From assembly GCA_951406725.2 (NCBI GenBank), contig OX597828.1:33666001-33730000 (forward strand): a stretch of 64,000 nucleotides of DNA, in the 5' to 3' direction. The notes under the pieces are model-generated. The model had not been told where the DNA came from, searched no databases, and saw only the letters and a program-made list of their open reading frames with translations. Of this stretch, positions 30,391 through 43,198 are shown piece after piece (the stretch's first letter is position 1; each line of letters starts with the position of its first letter). The stretch comes from Octopus vulgaris. Taxonomy: Eukaryota. The translations under genes and the position numbers were made by a program.

Positions 30391-30817
30391 AGGAAGGAAA
30401 GAATCAAAGAGAGATTATACGACAGAGAAAGTGGGAGACTCAATCAGTATGTACATCGATCAGCAGAGGTTAATCTCAGGAACAGTTTTCGGCTGAACAA
30501 TGCAGCCCATTACAAACACATGTCTTCATAACTCTCGCGCAGTATACAGAACCATATTCCAAGCGTTATTTCTTCCCGCAGTTCGCAGTTATTACTGTGG
30601 AGACTGTATATGGTGACATCAAAGACTGGCATTCTTCACATTTGCATGCAGTCTAATATTGTGCAGTTTTTGTGAAGATACAATAACCGACAACCTTTCG
30701 TAACCTTATCTAAGATTTTTGTGGATACGAAGGAGGTGTCAAAGAACCGCTTTCTTTCCTGCAGTTATTTCACTAGTTTTATGCACGTACATATTGTGCG
30801 AACAGATGTATGTATAT

Positions 30818-30872
<55 letters not shown>

Positions 30873-30996
30873 TATATATAGACACAATATATACACATAC
30901 ATATATATGCATATGTATAAATGTATGTGACTATACGTGTGTATATATGTATAGATACATATTTGCGTGTGTGCGAATATATAAGTGTGTGTATGT

Positions 30997-31039
<43 letters not shown>

Positions 31040-33289
31040 AAAGGATAGATGGAGAGAGAGACCGTTGGACAATCCAAAGATTATATGTTTATATGTGTGG
31101 GGGTGGGCATGTGTGTGTATGTGCGTGCGTGTGTGAGTGTGCATATTATATACATATACATGCGTATGTATGTATGTATGTATGCCAGCAACTACTACTA
31201 CTACTACTGCTGCTACTACTACTAGGCGATGGTACATTGCGGACGGTTCGGAAATTTTGTAGTTTATGGGATAAAATATTAACGCACGCTCCTAACCACG
31301 TTTAGTTTTATTTATAAATTCTCTGATTGTTTTTGTTTTCTTTTCTTTCCTTTCTTTGTTCTTTTTTTTAATTTTATTTCTATTTATATATACATTTTTT
31401 TCTCTTGTATTTTCTCATTTTATTTGCCACTTCAAAAGAACGAAATTCTCTGATCCACAAGAATTATTATGTTGTTCAGATATTAAATGAGAAGAGCTAG
31501 AGAAAGAAATATAAAACAAACCAGTCTCTAGATATTCTGGCACTCGAAATACAATCAAATATCCATGAATCAAGTAAACGTATATACACTAACGTTAATA
31601 TCTTGCTTGATCAGTTTTTTCCAGTCTCATATAGGAACAAAATATTGGTAAAGATAAATTATTTCTTACCGCTTTGACAAGGCGTGTTGTATAACTGAAT
31701 GGTTAAGGGAGTGTCACGTAACAATGGCTGAGATAAAAAAATAATCGGGGTTCGTATCCGTACTATCACTGCGACACTGCGACACAGCGAATATTGTTCT
31801 TCGATTAAGTTTGTGGTGAAGCATATGATTAACTGGTTCCGATTCTCTGCGCTTTGAGTTCAAATCCAGCTGAGGTCGATTTTCTGTTTCGTTCTTTCAG
31901 TGTCGATACACCAGTAGCAATTCAGGACAAAGCATTGGTGGAGGATAAGGATGTTTGTATTAAACTGGGAGGCTAATATATTATTTATAGTTGCATAACG
32001 AAATTCGGTGTCCCTGCAAGTAATTAGTATGTACGCACCAGTTGCCAGGAAGTTGTTAAATATGTAAAAATTGGTATATCCAATTGTGTTACGCCGTTAT
32101 ATTTGGTGGTTATTTAATTAATGCGTTTGCGGTTGGTTAATGGGTTGTTAATAGGTTGTTAATGGGTTGGATGTGAGACTGAAGAAAGGGTAAGAACTCC
32201 TGAAATACGCATATACACCCATCACCTATTTTTCTACCTTCGATCGCATTGTCTATGTAGACGTATTCGTAAACGAAGTGTCGTAACAAGTCAGTGCTAG
32301 CGGACGCTGATGTCTGCAGAAAATCTGAAACGATGAATTTTGCATAATACATACATACATACATACATACACGCATATAAATATATATAGAGACAGACAG
32401 ATAGATACACACATATATATCTCTGTATGCCTATCTGTATGTATGTATGTACGTGTATGTATGTACGTATGTATGTATGTACGTATGTATGTATGTGTAC
32501 ATGCATGTATGCTTCTATGTATGACTGAATGTATGCGTGTATGTAAATATTTGTGTGTGCACGCGCGCGTGTGTGTGTAAGTGTATGTAGACATATATGT
32601 GCATTATGTGTTAAAGTGTCGGGAAACGATCTCCGTGGTATTTTTTTCTGGCCTTCTGCCTTCTGACAGCTACGCTGCCACGACCGACTTGTTCCAAGCT
32701 CTATCTGTCCCAAGTCGGCAGCCGTTCCCTTGGATAAACATGGGTGGCATGGAAAGAGGTGACACATTCACATACATGGGCAAGCCACCAGTTTTCCTCA
32801 ATAAAATCTAGCCCACATTTGTACAAACAAGAGCAGATGCACGGTAAAACTTGACCTATAGCGGCTCTACATGATTCATTGAGGACGTGTAATAAAACAG
32901 AAACATGTCCTCGGTTATCTCCCATAGTTGATGAAATCATTAAAATATTATTCTTTGAGCTGATGTTGCCTTTTCGTCACCGCGTCAATATCTACTTATT
33001 GCTCACTTCATTAAATATGCTAACATCTAATTAATTCTTGTCTTCCATCCGTATGGCGTCTCTAAGTAACTAACGTCTGCTTGTTTTCGTTTTTTGTTTA
33101 TGGGCTAATTGTTCATTTGTCCTCGTATGTAGTATGATATATCTAAATTGTACATACTCCTGCAAAATATATCGCTATTTTATGAGTCTTTCATCCCTAC
33201 TCTACCAAGGATGAAGTCAAAGAATCATCTCTATCTTCAGCGAGAATGACAAAGACTGTTATTACTGAAAATGACTAAGAATGGTCTCA

Positions 33290-33737
33290 GATTTAAGCAC
33301 AAAACCAGCAATTTTGAGGAGAGGATATTAACTGAATATATCCCCCCTCCCAGTCACGTGATGGTATTTTATTTTATCGACCGAGAAGGAATCGAAGGTA
33401 AAATTTGAACTCAGCGGGATTTGAACTTAAAACATTTAAACAATCGGAACAAATATCACAAAGCGATTTTTCCGACGTTCTATCGATTCTGCCAGCTCGC
33501 CACTTTGAGAATTCCGAATAATTTTTTCTTATTTCTTTAGGCACAGGGCCTGAAATTTTGCGGGAGGGAGCTAGTCGATTACATTGACCCCAGTGCTCGA
33601 CTGGTACTTATTTTATCGATTCTGAAAGGACGAAAGGTAAAGTCGACCGCAGCAGGATTTGAACTCAGAACATAAAGCCAGAAGAAATGCCGCCAAGTAT
33701 TTTGTCCGACACGCTAACGATTCTGCAAATTCACCGC
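33290..33737 (-). mobile_element. Two tandem diverged copies of tRNA-derived SINE family B
   Basis: Both carry ggtacttattttatcga..gaaagg..aaagtcgacc..ggatttgaactc and end in gattctgccagctcgcc-like heads. Confidence 0.75.
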
Positions 33738-33770
33738 ACTGACGAGGTTTAAAAACACCGAAACATCCAG
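33737..33770 (+). ncRNA. Degenerate hammerhead-like motif
   Basis: ca-CTGACGA-GGT-ttaaaaac-ACC-GAAA-catc. The core and stem II are intact but stem I is unsupported. A homologue lies at 52639-52673. Confidence 0.4.
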
Positions 33771-33994
33771 ACGATTAGAAAGTTCAGCAAATATACAATA
33801 TAAGTCAATATATATACAGATATGAAGATATTTCTTATACATGCTGAAATGATTAAAACAATATTAGTTTATTTTTTGCGAATGTTGTATTTTTTCTCAC
33901 CGCTTAATTATTTCTAATTATAATTTTAACGAACATTACATGAACTGATTAACACCTGAACAATAGTTAACATTCGTATTAGTTACTCTGATGA

Positions 33995-34208
33995 GGCAGC
34001 GAACTGGCAGGGTCGTTAGCGCGTCAAACAAATGGCTTAATGGCATTCCTTCCGGTTCTTTAACGTCTTAAGTTCTAATTTCACCGAGATAATTTTACCT
34101 TTAATCCTTTCGGGATCGATAAAGTAAGTCCCAGATAAGCAATGGGGTCGATGTAATTGACTACAGCCTCGCCCTAAAATTGCAGGTCTTCTGCTTAAGT
34201 TTGAAACG
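33995..34208 (+). mobile_element. SINE family B, diverged
   Basis: ggcagcgaactggcagggtcgttagc...ggggtcgatgtaattgact. Confidence 0.75.
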
Positions 34209-34279
34209 ATTGTTAGTCATTCTCAGCAAAGTATGAATTTCACTATACAGGGCGAATCACTATTATATACACACACACA

Positions 34280-34314
<35 letters not shown>

Positions 34315-34893
34315 CAAACAATTAATTTGAATTCGCCTTAAATGGTCCCTTTGCATACTGAACACTTGGTGAAATTGATTAATAATTAATTAATTTTACC
34401 CTCAATTGTTTGAAATTATAATTAATCTCCCTCTAATTAATGCTTCGGATTTTACCGAAATAAGCATAGCGTTTGATGATTTTAACCCACGCTGGTGGAA
34501 AGGGGAGAACAGAAATTCTTCACTTGCTTATTTTGGGTTAGTTGGCACTGTTAGTAACGAGCGAATCTTCGAAAGGGTATGTTCTTACTTTCAGTGTTTC
34601 CAAATCCAAACCAAGGAATTTCTGAGCTGAAGATAGAAGTGTTGTTTTGACTAATCTTGAAACGTACGTACTCAAATAACCTTAGCATTTGATTTTTTAA
34701 TGTCCTTACCCCCAAACTTTTGTGAGTTGAATTAGGCAAACGCTATATATGAGAGAGATTTTCTTTAAGTATTAGAAATAGCTTTAAAAAAGTTTTTTAG
34801 CTGCTATTTCTAATGAGTTCAGTATGCGGCGAAGTAATTTATTTTACTAAGCCCTTTTATATAATGTAATAATTATAATTATATATATATATA

Positions 34894-34927
<34 letters not shown>

Positions 34928-35106
34928 CGTCTATTTGTGGTGTCCTGTACTCACATATATATATTTATATATGCATGTATATATACATGTAGATGTAGGT
35001 ACGTACATATATGTATGTATGTATGCATATATTTTATTTATTGTATGACTGAGCGCCCTCGCGTCGTTTCGTTTCGTTTCTTTCCTTTCTCCCAGTATGC
35101 TTATAT

Positions 35107-35202
<96 letters not shown>

Positions 35203-35221
35203 GCACACACATACACACATA

Positions 35222-35657
35222 CAACTAACAACCAAAATGGAAACACGGATGTTGAGGTGGTTTGGCCACATGGAGAGGATGGATGAGGAGTGGGTGGTAA
35301 GGAGGCTGGTGAAGGGAGAAGTGGTAGGCAGCTAAGCCAGAGGCAGACATCGGTTTGTGTGGATGGATGGAGCGAGGAAAGCTTTGGTGGCTAAAGTTTA
35401 TAAATGACTGGAAAACTTTGAGAGGGTTTGTGGACGGATGAGTGAATTTGATGTTGCTCAAACGGGTACAGAACCACCATGATGCAGCGGGAGTAAACCA
35501 GCATATACTGTCGGGCTCCGCCATTGATATTGGGGGTTGCGTTCCATGGTTTGACCCGAGCATAGAACAGGGCTCGCCTCTTTAAGCTGGGAAAGAATGG
35601 AATGGCTGGTGTGGGTCTTGTTGTGGCTACCCCCTCCTAAAAAACTTGGGGAATAGG
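35222..35657 (+). mobile_element. RTE-clade LINE 3' fragment
   Basis: MLRWFGHMERMDEEWVVRR, plus a 3' UTR shared with 47777-48520. Confidence 0.85.
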
Positions 35658-35659
35658 TC

Positions 35660-36053
35660 TCTCTTTCTCTTTTACTTTTGTTTCAGTCATTTGACTGCGG
35701 CCATGCTGGAGCACCGCCTTTAGTCGAGCAAATCGACCCCGGGACTTATTCTTTGTAAGCCCAGTACTTATTCTATCGGTCTCTTTTTGCCGAACCGCTA
35801 AGTGACGGGGACGTAAACACACCAGCATCGGTTGTCAAGCAATGCTAAGGGGACAAACACAGACACACAAACATACACATATATATATATACGACAGGCT
35901 TCTTTCAGTTTCCGTCTACAAAATCCACTCACAAGGCATTGGTCGGCCCGGGGCTATAGCAGAAGACACTTGCCCAAGATGCCTCGCAGTGGGACTGAAC
36001 CCGAACCATGTGGTTGGTTAGCAAGCTACTTACCACACAGCCACTCCTGCGCC
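35660..36053 (-). mobile_element. SINE family A, full length
   Basis: Reverse complement of 6210-6613. Confidence 0.92.
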
Positions 36054-36069
36054 TGGGTATATATATTAT

Positions 36070-36450
36070 ATTTTGTTACTTATTTCAGTCATTGGACTGC
36101 GGCCATGCTGGTGCATCGCCTTCAAGTGTTTACCCGAAGAAATCGCCCCCAGCACTTATTTTTTAAAGTCTGGTATTTATTTTTTCAATCACTTTTGCCG
36201 AACCGCTAAGTAATAAGGATGTAGACAAACATCTATTATCTAGAGATGGTAGGGGGTGGGGGGAGAAGCCCAAACACACACACACACACACACATGCACA
36301 CACATGTATGTATGTAATTGGCTTATATACGGTGTCCGTCTACCAAATTCACTCACGAGGCATCAGTCGACCCGGGGCTATTAGTAGAAGACACGTGTCG
36401 AAGGTGCCGCAGAATGGGACAGAACCCTAAACCACATGGTAGCAAAGCGA
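36070..36450 (-). mobile_element. SINE family A, old copy
   Basis: Diverged homology (cagtcattggactgcggccatgctgg ... ccgtctaccaaattcactcac). Confidence 0.7.
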
Positions 36451-36496
36451 GCTTGTAATTTTTTCTTCTTCGTGTAATCACCAAACTGAAAAAGAC

Positions 36497-37050
36497 TGGC
36501 ATTCCGTCGGTTACGACGACGTGGGTTCCAATTGATCCGATCAACGCAACAGCCTGCTCGTGAAACAGATGCGCAAGTGGCTGAGTACTTCACAGACACG
36601 TATATCCTTAGCGTAGTTCTCATGGAGATTCAGCGTGACACGGAATGTGACAAGGCTGGCCCCTTTGAATAACTGGTACAACGGCGTGTTAGCAGAATCG
36701 TTAGCATGCCAGGCGAAATACTTAGTGGTATTTCGTCTGCCGTTACGTTCTGAGTTCAAATTCCGCCGAGGTCGACTTTGCCTTTCATCCTTTCGGGGTC
36801 GATTAAATAAGTACCAGTTACGCACTGGGGTCGATATAATCGACTTAATCCATTTGTCTGTCCTCGTTTGTCCTCTCTGTGTTTAGCCCCTTGTGGGTAG
36901 TAAAGAAATAGGTACAACTCATTTTTACCAGCTGGTTGGACTGGAGCAACGTGAAATAAAATGTCTTACAGAAAGACGCAACGCCGCACCATGAAACGAA
37001 CTCACGACTTTACTATCGTGAGTCGAATACCTTTACCACTAGGCCACGCG
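36497..37050 (-). mobile_element. SINE family C copy interrupted by a family B SINE
   Basis: The head at 36920-37050 is the reverse complement of the 23333 element. The body continues at 36497-36682. Confidence 0.75.
36683..36910 (+). mobile_element. SINE family B (octopus OK-like), full length with TSD GGTACAAC
   Basis: B box GAGTTCAAATTC. Direct repeats lie at 36675-36682 and 36911-36918. Confidence 0.9.
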
Positions 37051-37338
37051 TAATAATCAAAGAAGATGATTATAAAACCTAACAAGACCGAAATATTGTA
37101 AAAAAAGGAATATAGGACTCGATTGAAACGACATCCCCCCATCGCCTCCAAGTGCACACTTACCCTTTTCAATCACGACGAGGTTAGTAGCGATGAGTAT
37201 TAAAATCGAAATCATTACAAGCGGTCGAAGTCGGGATTTGAACTCAGACATTAAGGGACTGCAAAGATATGACTGCGTAAAGACATACGTTTGGTCTGAC
37301 TGTGGATTTTTCTGTAGTAGCAACAACAACAGCAGCAA

Positions 37339-37370
<32 letters not shown>

Positions 37371-37373
37371 ATG

Positions 37374-37435
<62 letters not shown>

Positions 37436-37455
37436 GGTGGTGGTGGTGGTGGTGA

Positions 37456-37489
<34 letters not shown>

Positions 37490-37839
37490 TGTTGTTGTTG
37501 TTGCTGTTGTCGTTGTTGTTGTTGCTGTTAGTAGTCGTGCAGTGTTCACTGTTGAAACAATATGTAGTCTCCATGGAAAAATGATCAAAGAAGATGATTA
37601 TAAAACCTAACAATTGTAGTGAGATTGACGATTTTAGATGTTGCTTAATGGCAAGTTGAGGGCATGCATTTCTGAAGTGTTTTCCTTTTTATATTTGTTC
37701 TCTTTTTCTTTTTCAGTTGTGTTATACTAGGCTGTTTATGTTGCTTTTTTTTCTCTGTGTGTGTGTGTGTGTATGTGTGTAAGTCGTTTTGTGTGTGAAA
37801 GAGAGAGAGAAAGAAAAAGAGGGTGACAAGGACAGATAC

Positions 37840-37886
<47 letters not shown>

Positions 37887-38842
37887 TTTTATTTTTATTT
37901 TATTTTAAAATCCCTTAAGTAATGTATGAAAGTCATAGCTCTCATGTCATCTTTCTTCTTGAAATTTTAGGCTTCCGGCTGTTTTTACCTGGCTACGTGC
38001 TTGCCTGCATGCCCGACTGACTTAACTGTGATGAAAAGTTGAACGAACGAGGGGGCCTCTGCGTCTAAATGTGCTTTAAGTATCAAACCATATCTCGATA
38101 CGCTACGAATATCAACCGTACCACCTTCGTATCACGCTCTACCGATTAAAAAAACGAATGCATTGAAATATTGCGGTCCCGAGTTCTCTGCTCGTAGAAA
38201 ATAGACGGAATGTTCACGGCTGGAACGCTTCTAATCATACATCTATTTGATTGGGGTTGACGTGGGCCCAAACAACAGCAGTGACAACAATTACTATAAT
38301 AGTGAAATAAAACTGTGCCCCGTTCAATGGCGGAGTTTGTGTTTTTGGCGGCGTCGTGTGGTCGCCAAACTTGGCCACCACCTTCCTTAAACGTAACATA
38401 CCTTTAACATAAGTTGGCTTCCCACCACCACCACCACCAACGTGGCCACCCTCTCTGATTCTCACATCCCGCACACTCCACGTTACGCCACTGCCCACTA
38501 CAACAATCAAATATACCACCTTGTGTCAAAGTTAAGTTAGAAATTATTTGTCATTGCCATCGGGTGGACGATCGATTGGCAAAATCGTCAGTGCGTCGAA
38601 CAAACTGCTTGGACAAAATAATGGAAACACCTAGCATCATAGCATTATAATTTTGAAATATCTATAAAACCGTCAAAGGCTTTTTTTTATTTTTATGTAT
38701 TTCATTTATTATTAGTGTTGCTTTTTACGCTCTGCTAAAAATTGCTGCTTCTTTTCAGATATCATCGGAAAAAGGTAATTAAAATTCATTAAAATGACAG
38801 AACTATCGGACTTTCAAAGAGGAGATCAAATAGTTGGAGCTC

Positions 38843-38896
<54 letters not shown>

Positions 38897-39359
38897 CGTG
38901 ACGCATATTTGCCATTTGAATATGGCTAACCCCTAAGGGTGGATGCTACTGTAGTTTGTAGCCCCAGGAAGATACCTCCTCCATGTGTGTGTGTGTGTGT
39001 GTGTGTTTGTGCGAGTGTGTGTGTGCGTGGCTATGTGTGTGCGTGGCTGTGTGTGCGTGTGTGTATGTTTATACCTGTCTATGTGTGTGTGTATTTAGAG
39101 ATACATAAACAAAGACAGAAAGAAAGAAAGAAAGATAGATAGAGAAGGGGAGTGAGTGACAAACAGATACACAGGCAGAAGGACAGACAGACAGAGAGAA
39201 GGGTAGTGAGAGATAGAGAGAGAGACAGGCAGATAGAGTTTGAAAGGCAGATAGACGAACAAACAGACAGATAGGTAGATAGGTAGATAGGTAGCTGGAT
39301 AGACAGATAGGTAGAGAGAGAGGGAGAGAGAGAAAGAGAGAGAAGAAGGAATGATACAA

Positions 39360-39652
<293 letters not shown>

Positions 39653-40257
39653 TTAAGGTTGTAGGTTATTTAGACAGTCCCTGAGCAATTTTAAATTTTG
39701 AATTTTAAATATTTATAATTTCAGTTTCATTTATGACACAATTAATATGTAAAGAACATTTATAGGCCTGATGCAAGTATTTTATCATCGTCAATAAAAA
39801 TTTATTATAATTGTTCATTAATTTTTTAAATTAATTATAGCTTCATCGTTCTTTTATGGGGACATAAAATTGTCCTATTTATCCAACTAAACAAGAGTCT
39901 ATAGATGCTTTGCATGCCAAGATAACTAATGTGATTCAGAGAACTAAAATTCCTACGTAAAATCTCGCATTACGGTTTTTAGACGTAACCATGTGAATCA
40001 CATTGAAAATTAATCTCAAAAATATATCTTTTTAAAAATCTAATAAATTCTTTCATTTATCCTTTCCACAGATTAATTTTATTTTATTCTGCCATAAATA
40101 GAACTAAATTTATACAAATTTAAAATTGCTCAAAGAAAATTGTATTATGGCCTTGTATAAAAATATATTGTAGCATTAGGTTGTGAAATAAATTCGTTCG
40201 CCTTTTTTCTTTTCTTTTTGCTTCTAATTTATTTTAATTTTCCTTTTAATCGACGTT

Positions 40258-40618
40258 CAGAGCGTGTGACTACCATGCACTGAGGTTTTGAACCTTACCC
40301 ATCGACTGAAGCTCATGGCCGACGATACCATGAGAGCATCCCATCTGGCTGGCCAATTCCAAAATGGACCGACGACGCTGACCCTCGTGGAAAAGCTCCT
40401 TTAATCGGCCCTCGTTGAACTGAACAGGTCATCTGGAACCTAGAGAATCCGTGAGATCGAATTTATCGTCCTTGAAATGTGAAAACCATTTCTGTGCACT
40501 TCTTTCAGTAATAGCACCCTCTCCATACACAGTACAAATGCCTCGTGTGGCTTTGGTCGTTTTGGAACTTTGATTGAAAGGTGAAGAGAAACAGATGGCG
40601 AAAATGCTCTATCGTCAT
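40258..40618 (-). mobile_element. Mariner transposase N-terminal (HTH) pseudogene fragment
   Basis: EHFRHLFLF..ATRGICTVYGEGAITERSAQKWFSHFKDDKFDLTD..R*PVQFNE..ELASQMGCSH..LQSMGKVQNLSAW*SHAL, ending in a degenerate WVPHEL motif. Confidence 0.88.
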
Positions 40619-41345
40619 GTATCTGAAAAGAGGTCAAATTTATTAAAATTGCAGAAACTATAAGCAAAAGTCATACAGAAATAAAAAAAAAAAACCCTTG
40701 AAACACTAAGAGGGAAAATATTCTTCGTGGTAATTCAAAAAACATTAGAAAGACTAAACAATATGTCTGACAGTCACATGTTTACTGTTTCAGTGAAAAT
40801 ACTTGTATCGTGGTTATGGCTGCTGGACTTCCAATCATAAATTCATGAGTTCGATTCCCAGACCGTGTGCTGTGTTGTGTCAGCAACCAATCCACTATAT
40901 TTCGCACTGTTCGCATCTACTCAACTGTCACCCTTCAGTTATCCATGTTTTTTTGTGAAGGTTACCTATATATTTTTTTTTTGTGAAGGTAGCCGATCTT
41001 TGAAGGAGTCAGTGTCTGCTCACGATCACATTGGCATATTAAACATACTTGCTAGCGAGTGGCGACTATGGAATTGCACAAGCAATTCCACTGTTGTTCA
41101 TTCCACCATGAGTGGAAGGAACCAGCGATAGACCTACCCAGAGGCAACGACGCTATTGTTCACAATTTTATCATATAAGCTAAATCCTTTTGATTTTACT
41201 CTTCTAGGTGCGGTGCGTTCAGTCTCACACGCTCAGTACCGCAGCGTAACATCTCAGACGAGCGTCTTCTGCCATAGCCCCGAGCCAATTAAAGCCTTGT
41301 GAGTGGATTTGGTAAACGGAAACTGAAAGAAGTCTATCACATATA

Positions 41346-41706
41346 TTAGGAAGTCCCCTAATCCTCAGAACTTTCCAGGAAGTCCCCAAATCCTCGGAAC
41401 TTTCCAGGAAGTTTCCAAATCCTCGGAACTTTCCAGGAAGTATCCCATCCTCGCAAGTACATCAGCTGTTGTGATGTACTTACAGATATTTTAAACACTT
41501 CGGTTGCATATTTGTGTGAATAAAATCGTTTTTCTTTGGAATAAGAAAAAGTCTGTCTTTATTCTTTTGCTGGTGTCTCAAATTTAGGTTAAATCAGTGT
41601 TTCACAAAGGGGAGGCCGATGGGACAGTCGGGCAAGCTGTTTTGAGAAAATTTGGTTTAAATGTTTGACAACTCAGCACAGTCCGTTGGACGGCGTTTTG
41701 CTAGTG

Positions 41707-41780
<74 letters not shown>

Positions 41781-42305
41781 CATACATATATATACGTATA
41801 TATATATATGTATATATATATGTATGTGTGTATATATATATATGTATGTATGTATGAATGTATGTATGCATATATGAATGTATATATGTAAGTACATCGT
41901 CCTCGGAACTTTCCAGGAAATTTCCAAATCCTCGAATCTTTCGAGGAAGTAACCTATCCTCGGAATTTTCCAAGAAGTCCACACCCTCGGATCTTTCCAG
42001 GAAGTCCCAACCCTCGGAACTTTCCACGAAGTCCCCAAATGCTCGGAACTTTCCGGGAGATATCCTCGAGTTTTCCAGGATGTCCCCAAATTCTCGGAAC
42101 TTTCCAGGAAGTGCCCCATCCTCGGATCTTTCCAGGAAGTCCCCAAATCCTTGGAAGTTTGCACAAAGTCCCTATCCTCGGAATTTTCCGGGAAGTACCC
42201 CCATCCTCGGAACTTTCCAGGAAGTTTCCAAATATCTATAGGGGCAGGAGGAGTTGGAAAACTCAAGGGTTTTCCGGGGTGGCACACACTCTAGCTACGC
42301 CACTG
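41346..42305. mobile_element. Non-autonomous DNA element with a ~29-bp minisatellite (TCCTCGGAACTTTCCAGGAAGTCCCCAAA)
   Basis: Units at 41350-41453 and 41899-42232. The right end ctagctacgccactg is a CAGTGGCGTAGCTAG-type TIR. The left TIR was not found. Confidence 0.6.
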
Positions 42306-42476
42306 TCGCCAATCAGTTTCGTATTTAGGTCGGGCGGTCGGCTCCACGCGACACTCTTATGGGGCGGCACTTTCAAGTGTGCTGTATAAACCTGTATTGA
42401 GGTCGGAGGCGTGGTCGGCAAACTTAAGGACTTCCAGACAAGTCACATGCCACGACAGTGCCTCTTCAATCTAGAC

Positions 42477-43123
42477 CAGTACTTCTCAACCAGGGTCCAC
42501 AATACCTTTGGGGTGGGGAGTCCCTATAAGATTTTGTTAAAGTCTACGTGCAATGAATTTATTCGTTTATTTATTTCAGTAATTTGACTGCGGCCATACT
42601 GGAGCACTGCCTTTAGGCGAAGCAAATCGACCCCAGGACTTATTCTTTGTGAGCCTAGTACTTATTCTATCGGTATCTTTTGCCGAACCGTTAAGTTACG
42701 GGGACGTAAACACACCAGCATCGCTTGCCAAGTGATGGTAGGTGGACAAACACAGACACACAAACATACACACACATACACACATACATATATGACGGGC
42801 TTCTTTGCAAATCCACTCACAAGGCTTTGGTCAGCCTAAGGTGCCACGCAGTAGGACTGAACCCGGAACGACGTGGTTGGTAAGCAAGCTACTTACCACA
42901 CAGCCACGCCGGCTCCTTTTACTTCTTTCAGTTATCAGACTGCGACCATACTGGGGCACCTCCTTGAAGAATATTTAATTGAAGGAATCAACCCCAAACA
43001 TTTTGTTTATATTTTTTAAAACCTGGTACTTATTCTATCGAATTATTTTGCCGAAGCGCTAGGTTATGGGGACGTAAACACACCAACACCGATTGTCAAG
43101 CGATGGCTGGGGACAAACACACT

Positions 43124-43198
<75 letters not shown>

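Noticed and set aside
30565-30660. Plus-strand exon after ttatttcttcccgcag
   Set aside because: All three frames stop within about 30 codons and there is no convincing donor.
38235-38519. 94-aa ORF in GC-richer unique DNA
   Set aside because: No recognisable domain or splice structure. It contains only a short hairpin (gtggtcgccaaacttggccaccac).
39690-40180. Possible GIY-YIG relic on the minus strand
   Set aside because: Only vague similarity in very AT-rich DNA.
41673-42389. Repeat-protein ORFs (LGTSWK.. / SSELSRK..)
   Set aside because: Translations of the ~29-bp minisatellite with shifting frames.
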